Assembly: GCA_047947115.1 (NCBI GenBank)
Contig: CP170459.1
Coordinates: forward strand, 4,800,001 to 4,864,000
Source: Verrucomicrobiota bacterium
GTDB taxonomy: Bacteria > Verrucomicrobiota > Verrucomicrobiia > Limisphaerales > AAA164-E04
Direction: 5' to 3'
DNA length: 64,000 nt
Numbering within the stretch: position 1 is the first letter of the stretch; every line of letters begins with the position of its first letter. Shown one piece after another: positions 20,581 to 28,880 of this stretch. Below the pieces are notes generated by a model. That model was not told the DNA's origin and did not search any database. It saw only the letters and a list, made by a program, of their open reading frames with translations. A program made the translations under genes and the position numbers.

Positions 20581-20850
20581 ATGAAAAGGATTGTGGGTAG
20601 TCTCATTGTTGCCTCGGTGGCATTTTTGAACACCTTCGGGCAAGGTATTGAAAATAAGCTGTGGGTGGCCAAAGTAGAGCAAGGAGACAATATTATCTTG
20701 GCAAATGAAGGAATTGCCATGTTTTACTTGAATTCTCTGTCCAAAGAGTATGTGATCGCTCCGTTGGACGATTCAATTGAGTATTCAAGCGGAACTTATT
20801 CAAACAGCCAATCCGGATCCAAATACATTTTAATCTCTTGCACTTGGTAA
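20581..20850 (+). CDS. Short signal-peptide ORF, possibly a truncated secreted protein
   Basis: MKRIVGSLIVASVAFLNTFGQ signal-like start; stops after 89 aa. Confidence 0.45.
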   Translation: MKRIVGSLIVASVAFLNTFGQGIENKLWVAKVEQGDNIILANEGIAMFYLNSLSKEYVIAPLDDSIEYSSGTYSNSQSGSKYILISCTW

Positions 20851-20913
20851 ATATTGTGTTGTGGGTAAAGTGGTAACATCATATTTTCGGACCAAAAAAA
20901 CTGGATAAAAAGC

Positions 20914-21390
20914 GTGAAACTAAAATCTTTTAAACTATTGGGCCTCGTTGGGATGAGTATTTTTCTAATGGGCTGTTCTTCAAATTCATCAATCGTTTCA
21001 CTCCATGACGCAGCTTGGAATGGAAATGTGGATGAAATTCAAAAACAATTAAAAGAGGGAGCAGATGTAAATATCAAAAGAGATCAAACTACCCTAGGTC
21101 ACATCGCCGCATTGAAAAAAAATAAGGGGATGATGAAGCTACTGATTGCTAATGGACTTGATTTGAATGCAACTGATAAAAATGGAGCAATGCCATTACA
21201 CGTTGCAGTACCCATGGGAGATATGGATATGGTTGAATTATTGTTGAAAGAAAAAATACAACTAAATCATCAAATCGAATTTGGAAAATACAAGGGTAAG
21301 ACAGCCCTAAATATGGCATATGATTTCAAACAGAATGAAATTGCCGAAATGCTTAAAGAAAACGGAGCCAAAAAGGGTGAAGAATTGTAA
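20914..21390 (+). CDS. Ankyrin-repeat lipoprotein
   Basis: Lipobox LMGC; ankyrin repeats LHDAAWNG...GADVN, TTLGHIAA, MPLHVAV, TALNMA. Confidence 0.88.
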   Translation: MKLKSFKLLGLVGMSIFLMGCSSNSSIVSLHDAAWNGNVDEIQKQLKEGADVNIKRDQTTLGHIAALKKNKGMMKLLIANGLDLNATDKNGAMPLHVAVPMGDMDMVELLLKEKIQLNHQIEFGKYKGKTALNMAYDFKQNEIAEMLKENGAKKGEEL

Positions 21391-21630
21391 TTGCACAAGG
21401 ATTTCGACCTGCTAATTGTGTAGAAAAGAAAAAATTGTAGAGCAGAATCATTTGTCTCTACAGTCCGATTGTTATTAGCTCTTTAAACACAAGGTTACAA
21501 ATATTTTACGGGGTATTCAGCTAATTTGTTAAATTTTAATTTGTGCCTCTCTTGTATTCAATAAGCACGAATGCATTTCGTTCCTCATCGTATGCCAAAG
21601 AATCAATACGGAATTCGCCAACGGTAAATT

Positions 21631-22265
21631 CGGATGGAACAGGAACTCTGAAATATGATTTGATTTTGAACAATGAGGTAATTGATTCCAACGACACAGG
21701 CACATTCAGGGTGAAGGTGCCAGAATTGGATGGAGATTACGAACTTGTTGCTAAAGTTTCCAGCTCATATGGATCATCCACATCAGCTCCTGTGATCGTT
21801 TCTGTTCAACTCTCCAGTCCAATGATCATAGATCAATCAACGAGCATCACCATGGTTCAAGGAGACCCATTGGAATTGCATATTGATGCTATTGGAGGTG
21901 GTTTGTCTTATCAGTGGTACAAAGGTGCCGCGAAGGTTCCTGATGCAAATAGTCCTGTATTTATTATTGATGAAACAGGGGAAGGAGATGCCGGGACTTA
22001 CTTTGCGGTGGTTTCCAACAGCAAAGGAATTGTGACCAGCAATCCGATCAAGGTTTCCTTTGGTGTAGCTGTGAGTGTTGAAGCAGATGGTGCCAATATT
22101 GTTTTACAAATGAATTCCGGCGACAAAGCTGCCAGTTGGAAGCTGCAAAAGTCGTATGACCTGTTGTTCTGGGAGGAGGTGCAGAATCTGGAAGAAGGTG
22201 ATTTGGCTGGGTTAATTCGGCCAATTGAAGAGGATGTGGTGTTTTACAGGGTGGTGGAGCGGTGA
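21631..22265 (+). pseudogene. Orphan third copy of the Ig-stalk C-terminus with no N-terminus or signal peptide
   Basis: Colinear with 15966..16600 (offset 5665); homology starts abruptly at cggatggaacagg. Confidence 0.88.
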
Positions 22266-22300
22266 TTGGCGACTTTAGATTACTAATTTAAAATTATCGT

Positions 22301-23482
22301 ATGAACAATATTTCGTGTCCTCATTGTGGAAAAGCATTCAAGGTTGATGAGACCGGATATGCTGACATTCTTAAACAAGTTCGTAATAAAGAATTTGAAA
22401 AACAGCTTCACGAAAGACTGGAATTGGCCGAGAAGGATAAACTCAATGCCGTGGAACTTGCCAAGGCAAAGCTAATTGCAGAGCTTAGTAATGAGACTCA
22501 ACAGAAGGAAGCGACTATCAGGGAGCTATCCGCTCAGTTGGAATCTCAAAAGACGAAACAGGAGCTAGAGATTGTCAATGCAGTTGCTGAAGCCAAGACG
22601 GAACTAGACGCGTTGAAATTCAAACTAGAGCAGGCTGCTCTCGAAAAACAGATTTCAGACAATGCAATTACTGAGAAATATGAAATTCGCCTCAAAGATC
22701 GTGATGCGGAGATAGAGCGTCTAAAGGATTTCAAAGCTAAACTATCCACCAAAATGGTAGGTGAAACCCTTGAACAGCATTGCGAGAATGAGTTCAACCG
22801 AATCCGTGCAACTGCATTTCCAAAAGCTTATTTCGAGAAGGACACTAATATTAGTTCAGGAAGTAAGGGTGATTTCATCTTCAGGGACATGGACGATGCT
22901 GAGACTGAAATTGTGTCAATCATGTTTGAGATGAAGAACGAGAATGACACAACCGCGACAAAAAAGAAAAATGAAGACTTTTTTAAGGAACTGGACAAAG
23001 ATCGAAACGAGAAAGGTTGTGAATATGCTATTCTTGTCTCGCTGCTGGAACCCAACAATGAGTTTTACAATTCAGGTATCGTCGATGTGTCTTACCGTTA
23101 CAAAAAGATGTACGTCATAAGGCCTCAGTTTTTCATTCCAATGATTACCCTGCTGAGGGACGCTGCTATGAATTCCTTGAGTTATAAAAATGAACTCGCT
23201 TTGGTTAAATCACAGAATATTGATGTGACCAATTTTGAGAATGATTTGGAACAATTCAAAACGGCGTTTGGAAGAAATTATTCTCTGGCATCTGAGCATT
23301 TCCAGAAAGCTGTAGACGAAATCGATAAATCCATTTCACACCTTCAGAAGACAAGAGAAAGATTACTGAAGTCCGATAATCAACTCCGCCTAGCAAACGA
23401 CAAAGCTCAGGACGTAACCGTTAAAAAGCTCACTCGTAATAATCCCACGATGAAGGCGAAATTTGAAGAAGCTAGACAATAG
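22301..23482 (+). CDS. DUF2130 family protein (Zn ribbon, coiled coil, PD-(D/E)xK-like motif)
   Basis: ISCPHCG; KLSTKMVGETLEQHCENEFN; SKGDFIFR...SIMFEMKNE; YVIRPQFFIP; LTRNNPTMKAKF. Confidence 0.85.
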   Translation: MNNISCPHCGKAFKVDETGYADILKQVRNKEFEKQLHERLELAEKDKLNAVELAKAKLIAELSNETQQKEATIRELSAQLESQKTKQELEIVNAVAEAKTELDALKFKLEQAALEKQISDNAITEKYEIRLKDRDAEIERLKDFKAKLSTKMVGETLEQHCENEFNRIRATAFPKAYFEKDTNISSGSKGDFIFRDMDDAETEIVSIMFEMKNENDTTATKKKNEDFFKELDKDRNEKGCEYAILVSLLEPNNEFYNSGIVDVSYRYKKMYVIRPQFFIPMITLLRDAAMNSLSYKNELALVKSQNIDVTNFENDLEQFKTAFGRNYSLASEHFQKAVDEIDKSISHLQKTRERLLKSDNQLRLANDKAQDVTVKKLTRNNPTMKAKFEEARQ

Positions 23483-23536
23483 GTTTGGATATTCCTGCTA
23501 AAAGAATCGGAAAATTAAATTAATGTGAATAATTGG

Positions 23537-23772
23537 CCCCAGATGGAAGCAGTCTATCAACTCGAACGTCTGTTTGCTTGGCTCTTCAACTTCAGGGACT
23601 GGTTGTGCGTTACCCCAGATGGAAGCAGTCTATCAACTCGAACGTCTGTTTGCTTGGCTCTTCAACTTCAGGGACTGGTTGTGCGTTACGAATACGATGC
23701 TTTAAATTTTATCGGGTTCATCCACCTTGCCTGTGCGATGATCCTAATGCGGCCTTTATGAGATAGCTTCTA
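23537..23772 (+). mobile_element. IS5-family transposase 3' remnant with right end, containing a 76-bp perfect tandem duplication
   Basis: [11 protein letters not shown] / [24 protein letters not shown] in two frames; end TTATGAGATAGCTTCTA; 23537..23612 equals 23613..23688. Confidence 0.75.
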
Positions 23773-23938
23773 ATGTCCACGATCATATTCCTGTCGTCAA
23801 TCTGTTGAAGCGAGGATGGAATCTCTCCAAGTCCTACATAAAAAGAGCGATAGGAGCATGTTGCATCGTCAAAAATAGCAAATCAAACCTCCCTCATTTG
23901 AACTAGTACTTCGACTGGTCCGAATACTATTGATTATT

Positions 23939-25219
23939 TCAATTCCTCACCCGGTAGAAGCGTTTCTCAGCTCCCTCGTCTAGGTCGACTTCAGTGGTGC
24001 CATCCTCACCAATGACAACGGATCGCCACTCGCTCCATGGGCCGTCAGCGGTGTCGGCCACTTCGATAATAACAGATTGCCCAAATTCACCAGTGACTGT
24101 GACTGCTGGCACCAATCGAAGACTTACTTGAGGTGATGTTATGGGCGGTGGGTCAATAGTTACGGTTGGTTCGGAGGCATAACCTTTGCCTGCGTTGATG
24201 ATTTCAATTGAAGTAACCCGCCCAGAAGTTAAAACAGCGACGGCTACTGCACCGCTACCACCACCGCCAGTAATCGTTACTGCGGGAACTTCGACGTAGC
24301 CAGCACCCTCCTGAGTAATTTCTGCACCAATGACAAAACCATTGGCAAGAACCACTTTTGCCAACGCGTGATAGGCATTTGATGAAGTAGGATTTTGTGT
24401 GCTAGAGGACAGAAAAAAGCCAGCTGGCCAAAGTCTTTCAAGTGATAAGCGATTTGCCTCTGATTGGGTATGAAACGCAGCGGGAATTGTAACTGAGGTC
24501 ATGCTACTGCACCCAGAGAAGGCCCAGTCCCCAATGCTGGAGACGCCATCTGGGATGGTGATTGAGGTCAGGCTACTGCACTCATTGAAGGTCGCATACC
24601 CAATGCTGGTGATGCTGTCTGGGACGGTGACTGAGGTCATGCTACTGCACCCAGAGAAGGCCCAGTCCCCAATGCTGGAGACGCCATCTGGGATGGTGAT
24701 TGAGGTCAGGCTACTGCACTCATTGAAGGTCCTATACCCAATGCTGGTGATGCTGTCTGGGACGGTGACTGAGGTCATGCTACTGCACCCAGAGAAGGCC
24801 CAGTCCCCAATGCTGGAGACGCCATCTGGGATGGTGATTGAGGTCAGGCTACTGCACTCATTGAAGGTCGCATACCCAATGCTGGTGATGCTGTCTGGGA
24901 CGGTGACTGAGGTCAGGCTGCTGCACCCAGAGAAGGCCCAATCCCCAATGCTGGAGACGCTGTCTGGGATGGTGATTGAGGTCAGGCTACTGCACTCATA
25001 GAAGGCTTTAAACCCAATTCTATCGACAGGTAAACCCTCGATTTTGTCTGGAATGACCAGCGCGCCTTTAGCAGACCGATTGCAGGCGGTAATGGTAATC
25101 GTCACCTGACTATCGGAAATTTTGTAGGTGAGATCACCGATCTGGCCAGCTCGAACGTTGGAACTAAGGACTGAAAGAACCAACACCAACCAGATGAAAT
25201 GCATTACGGGCTTTCTCAT
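23939..25219 (-). CDS. BspA-type leucine-rich repeat (LRR_5) secreted protein
   Basis: Signal peptide; repeats C.SLTSITIPDSVSSIG..AF; C-terminal FYRVRN. Confidence 0.92.
   Translation of the reverse strand: MRKPVMHFIWLVLVLSVLSSNVRAGQIGDLTYKISDSQVTITITACNRSAKGALVIPDKIEGLPVDRIGFKAFYECSSLTSITIPDSVSSIGDWAFSGCSSLTSVTVPDSITSIGYATFNECSSLTSITIPDGVSSIGDWAFSGCSSMTSVTVPDSITSIGYRTFNECSSLTSITIPDGVSSIGDWAFSGCSSMTSVTVPDSITSIGYATFNECSSLTSITIPDGVSSIGDWAFSGCSSMTSVTIPAAFHTQSEANRLSLERLWPAGFFLSSSTQNPTSSNAYHALAKVVLANGFVIGAEITQEGAGYVEVPAVTITGGGGSGAVAVAVLTSGRVTSIEIINAGKGYASEPTVTIDPPPITSPQVSLRLVPAVTVTGEFGQSVIIEVADTADGPWSEWRSVVIGEDGTTEVDLDEGAEKRFYRVRN
24492..24999. repeat. Near-perfect 138-bp tandem repeat (about 3.7 units) inside the LRR gene
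   Basis: Units start at 24492, 24630, 24768 and 24906. Confidence 0.93.
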
Positions 25220-25277
25220 ATTGTCTCAGTATTACCACAAGTAGAATTGTCCATTCAACATTTTTGAGAGAAAACGT

Positions 25278-25337
25278 GTTTAGCATTAAATAGCCACAGC
25301 AAAATGAAATCGCACTATAATCAGGTTTTTCACCACC
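25278..25337 (+). repeat. Decayed copy of the upstream region and start of the 5666 gene (matches about 5627..5687)
   Basis: GTTTAGCATTAAAT(G/A)GCCACAGCAAAAT(A/G)AAATCGCAC in both; the ATG position reads ATA in this copy. Confidence 0.85.
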
Positions 25338-25629
25338 AACAATGTTCTGCGTCACTTTATTTGCTGAAAATAAGTGGAAAAATTTCGCGTAATTCAAGAG
25401 AGCGATCCAATTTTCCCGCAGAAGATCGTCAACAGACAACCTCATCATATCGGCATACATGCTCCTTTCTTAGCATGATGCCATACTTTTCGACTGTCAC
25501 TTTCCTGATCCCGACCCGCCGCACTTTTCGACTGGCGCCCACATTCATGTGGTGAGATGGAATTGAATCAACGGTTCATTTCTTGCTTGTTTGTTGGTGG
25601 TAATATGTGGATATTAACCCCTTACATAT

Positions 25630-27096
25630 ATGTTTGAGCAGGCATTCAGAAACATTGATGATGTCCTTTGGAAAGAAGCGGGTTGTTCTTCCGAATTGGA
25701 TTATGCGGAGCAGACTTCATGGTTGCTGTTCCTTAAGTACTTAGACGATCTAGAAGAGGCACGTCAATTGGAGGCCTCTCTCGAGGGCAAGATTTATTAC
25801 CCCATACTTTCCGATGAGTTTCGTTGGTCTGCTTGGGCCGCACCCAAAGATTCTGACGGTCAATTTGATCACAATCGTGCTTTGACTGGCCCAGATTTGA
25901 TTGATTTCGTCAATCAGAAGCTCATTCCGTACTTGAAGACCTTCAAAGGACGAGCTGAGAGTTCAGATACCATTGAATACAAGATTGGGGAAATCTTCAG
26001 TGAGATCAGCAACAAATTCCGAAGTGGGTATTCCTTACGTGATGCTCTTGAACACGTGGATGCCCTGCAATTCCGTTCTCAACAGCAGAAACATGAGCTT
26101 TCAGCACTGTATGAGGAAAAGATCAAACGGATGGGAAATGCTGGGCGTAACGGTGGTGAATATTACACTCCGCGTACCCTCATTCGCGCCATCATTCAAG
26201 TGATGAAGCCAATGATTGGAGAACGTATTTACGATGGAGCATGTGGATCTGCTGGCTTCCTTTGTGAGGCATATGAGTATTTGCGTGGTTCTGATCTAAA
26301 TGCAGATCAGCTAACGACTCTTCAGCGAAAAACTCTATACGGAAAGGAAAAGAAATCGTTGGCGTACATCATCGGGATCATGAACCTCATTCTCCATGGG
26401 GTGGAAGCTCCAAACATTATTCATTCCAACACACTTGCCGATCATGATCAGGATGTTCAGGATAAAGATCGGTATGACGTAATTTTGGCAAACCCGCCAT
26501 TCGGTGGAAAAGAACGTAAAGAAGTTCAGCAGAATTTCCCCATCAAAACCGGAGAAACTGCATTTCTGTTCCTGCAACACTTCATTCGCATGTTGCGTGC
26601 AGGTGGGCGTGGTGCGGTGGTGATAAAGAACACATTCCTTTCCAATTCTGATAATGCATCAGTTGCATTGAGGAAGGAGCTGCTTGCGTCGTGTAACCTC
26701 CACACCGTTCTTGATTGTCCCGGTGGAACATTTCAAGGGGCAGGTGTGAAGACGGTGGTGCTGTTTTTTGAAAAAGGATCTCCAACAAGAAAGATATGGT
26801 TCTACCAGCTTACAGAAGAGAAGCTGGGTCGCAGGCTCGGAAAAACCAATCCTCTCAATGATGAGGATCTGAGTGAGTTTGTTGATCTACAGAAGACCTT
26901 TGCCGATTCTCAATACTCATGGAGTGTTGGTGCCAGCACGGTTGATGAGGGAACCTGTGATCTGTCGGTAAAGAATCCGAACAAACAGGAGGAGTCTGAA
27001 TTGCGTGATCCGGAGGTTATTTTGGATGAGATTGCTGCACTTGATGACGAAAGTGCAGAGGTCTTACTTGGTATAAGGAATACTTTTCGTTCATGA
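25630..27096 (+). CDS. hsdM: Type I R-M N6-adenine methyltransferase subunit M
   Basis: GEYYTPR, IYDGACGSAGFL, ANPPFGG. Confidence 0.96.
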   Translation: MFEQAFRNIDDVLWKEAGCSSELDYAEQTSWLLFLKYLDDLEEARQLEASLEGKIYYPILSDEFRWSAWAAPKDSDGQFDHNRALTGPDLIDFVNQKLIPYLKTFKGRAESSDTIEYKIGEIFSEISNKFRSGYSLRDALEHVDALQFRSQQQKHELSALYEEKIKRMGNAGRNGGEYYTPRTLIRAIIQVMKPMIGERIYDGACGSAGFLCEAYEYLRGSDLNADQLTTLQRKTLYGKEKKSLAYIIGIMNLILHGVEAPNIIHSNTLADHDQDVQDKDRYDVILANPPFGGKERKEVQQNFPIKTGETAFLFLQHFIRMLRAGGRGAVVIKNTFLSNSDNASVALRKELLASCNLHTVLDCPGGTFQGAGVKTVVLFFEKGSPTRKIWFYQLTEEKLGRRLGKTNPLNDEDLSEFVDLQKTFADSQYSWSVGASTVDEGTCDLSVKNPNKQEESELRDPEVILDEIAALDDESAEVLLGIRNTFRS

Positions 27097-28292
27097 AAAC
27101 CACTGCAGTTAAATCAAATTTACCTACAAAATGGGTAATAAAGACCATAGGTGAGTTGTGTGATGTCGCCAGAGGAGGTTCACCTAGGCCTATAAAAAGT
27201 TTTATTACTGCCGACCCCGATGGGATTAACTGGATTAAAATAAGCGATGCTACAGCCAGTGGAAAATATATCTACAAAACCGAACAAAAAATAAAACCTG
27301 AAGGTGTTTCTCGTTCTAGATTTGTGAAGCCGAATGATTTTTTGCTTTCAAATTCTATGAGTTTTGGCAAGCCATACATCCTAAAGACATCGGGGTGCAT
27401 ACATGATGGCTGGCTAGTCTTGTCTGATAAAAAAGGCGAATTTAAACAGGATTACCTATATCATTACCTAAGTTCCTCACAGGCGTATTCCCAGTTTGAT
27501 AATCTTGCTGCCGGTTCAACAGTTCGTAATTTAAATACAGATGCAGTTCGCAAAGTAAAAGTCCCAATCCCACCCCTCGCCGAACAGGAACGAATTGTAT
27601 CCATCCTTGATGAAGCATTTGCCGCCATTGAAACCGCCACCGCCAATGCCGAAAAGAATCTGCAAAACGCTCGTGAACTGTTTCAGTCGGTGCTGCAGGA
27701 TACGTTTTCAAAGAAGGGGGATGATTGGGTGGAGGTAACTTTGGGGGAGATAGGTCCAGTTTCAATGTGTAAAAGGGTATTGAAAAAGCAAACTACACCA
27801 ACGGGTGAAATACCATTTTTTAAAATTGGAACTTTCGGTAAAGAGCCAGATGCCTACATCTCCCGCAATCTTTATGAAGATTACTTGAAAAAATACGCAT
27901 TTCCAAAGCCCGGCGATATTCTTATTTCTGCATCTGGAACAATCGGCAGGCGCGTCATATACGATGGAGAACCTGCATACTTTCAGGATAGCAACATTGT
28001 GTGGTTAGATAATCCGGAAAAAATTATCAGCAACAAACTCCTTTTCCATTTTTACGGTATCTGCAAGTGGAATGCATCTAAAGGTGCGACAATCGCTAGA
28101 CTTTATAATGATGATTTAAGAAGAATCCGGCTATGTGTTCCCCCATTTCACACCCAACAGGCCATAGTCAAAAAACTAGATTCCCTATCCGAAGAAACGA
28201 GACGCTTGGTGTCAATCTACCAACGTAAAAAAGCCGCTCTTGCTGAACTCAAGCAGTCGCTGCTGCAAAAGGCTTTCACCGGTCAACTCTGA
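27093..28292 (+). CDS. hsdS: Type I R-M specificity subunit S
   Basis: Two TRDs with conserved PIPPLAEQERIV and PPFHTQQAIV, ending LKQSLLQKAFTGQL; ATGA overlap with hsdM. Confidence 0.95.
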   Translation: MKTTAVKSNLPTKWVIKTIGELCDVARGGSPRPIKSFITADPDGINWIKISDATASGKYIYKTEQKIKPEGVSRSRFVKPNDFLLSNSMSFGKPYILKTSGCIHDGWLVLSDKKGEFKQDYLYHYLSSSQAYSQFDNLAAGSTVRNLNTDAVRKVKVPIPPLAEQERIVSILDEAFAAIETATANAEKNLQNARELFQSVLQDTFSKKGDDWVEVTLGEIGPVSMCKRVLKKQTTPTGEIPFFKIGTFGKEPDAYISRNLYEDYLKKYAFPKPGDILISASGTIGRRVIYDGEPAYFQDSNIVWLDNPEKIISNKLLFHFYGICKWNASKGATIARLYNDDLRRIRLCVPPFHTQQAIVKKLDSLSEETRRLVSIYQRKKAALAELKQSLLQKAFTGQL

Positions 28293-28307
28293 TCCAAATC
28301 CATAGAA

Positions 28308-28871
28308 ATGACACCTTCAGAGCAACAGCTTATTGACGAACTTAAGAGCATCAGTGATGTTCAAGAACGCATTGATTTGGTGGCTCAAGATTTCATTTCG
28401 GCCCAAAAAAGATTCTCCAAAATAGATTCGTGGCTGTTGGGTGAATTGCTGGGATTGGATTGGTATGATACAGCCGATTGGAGCCGCAGTTTCTGGGCTT
28501 TCCGGACGGAGATTGAGGGTGAAGGTTTTGATTTTCCATATGCAGAGAATGTTTCCCTTCTGAAAGGCAGGATACCCGCCAAACGATTTATTTTTTTGGT
28601 TTCAGAGTCTGAAAAAGTCATAGCTGGCAAGTCCGAAAACGATTTGGCTCTTACTGCTTCCGAGTTGACAATTTTGAAAGATGCCTACGCTGAAGATAAA
28701 GCCTCTGATAGTGATTTCATATTGGCCGGAACAAAGGTTGAGTCTTCTGATGGAGAGGAATTGTATTTTCAAGTATGTATCGGGGACGGTGGTGAGCCTT
28801 ATGATGCTTGTTCCCCCTATATGTTAGAAAATGGGGAAGGATGCGATCTGGAGGATTATGTTGAAATATAG
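28308..28871 (+). CDS. Acidic hypothetical protein inserted between hsdS and hsdR
   Basis: 187-aa D/E-rich ORF tightly packed in the operon. Confidence 0.75.
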   Translation: MTPSEQQLIDELKSISDVQERIDLVAQDFISAQKRFSKIDSWLLGELLGLDWYDTADWSRSFWAFRTEIEGEGFDFPYAENVSLLKGRIPAKRFIFLVSESEKVIAGKSENDLALTASELTILKDAYAEDKASDSDFILAGTKVESSDGEELYFQVCIGDGGEPYDACSPYMLENGEGCDLEDYVEI

Positions 28872-28880
28872 AACACTGGC

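Noticed and set aside
21543..21630. N-terminal extension making 21543..22265 a complete gene
   Set aside because: No signal peptide or clear RBS; homology starts mid-domain at 21631, so it is treated as a fragment.
14321..22265. Diversity-generating retroelement (C-type lectin plus repeated region)
   Set aside because: No reverse transcriptase; differences are not adenine-specific; the repeats are kilobase-scale Ig stalks, not lectin variable regions.
24501..25001. 166-aa repetitive + strand ORF
   Set aside because: Antisense shadow of the LRR tandem repeats.
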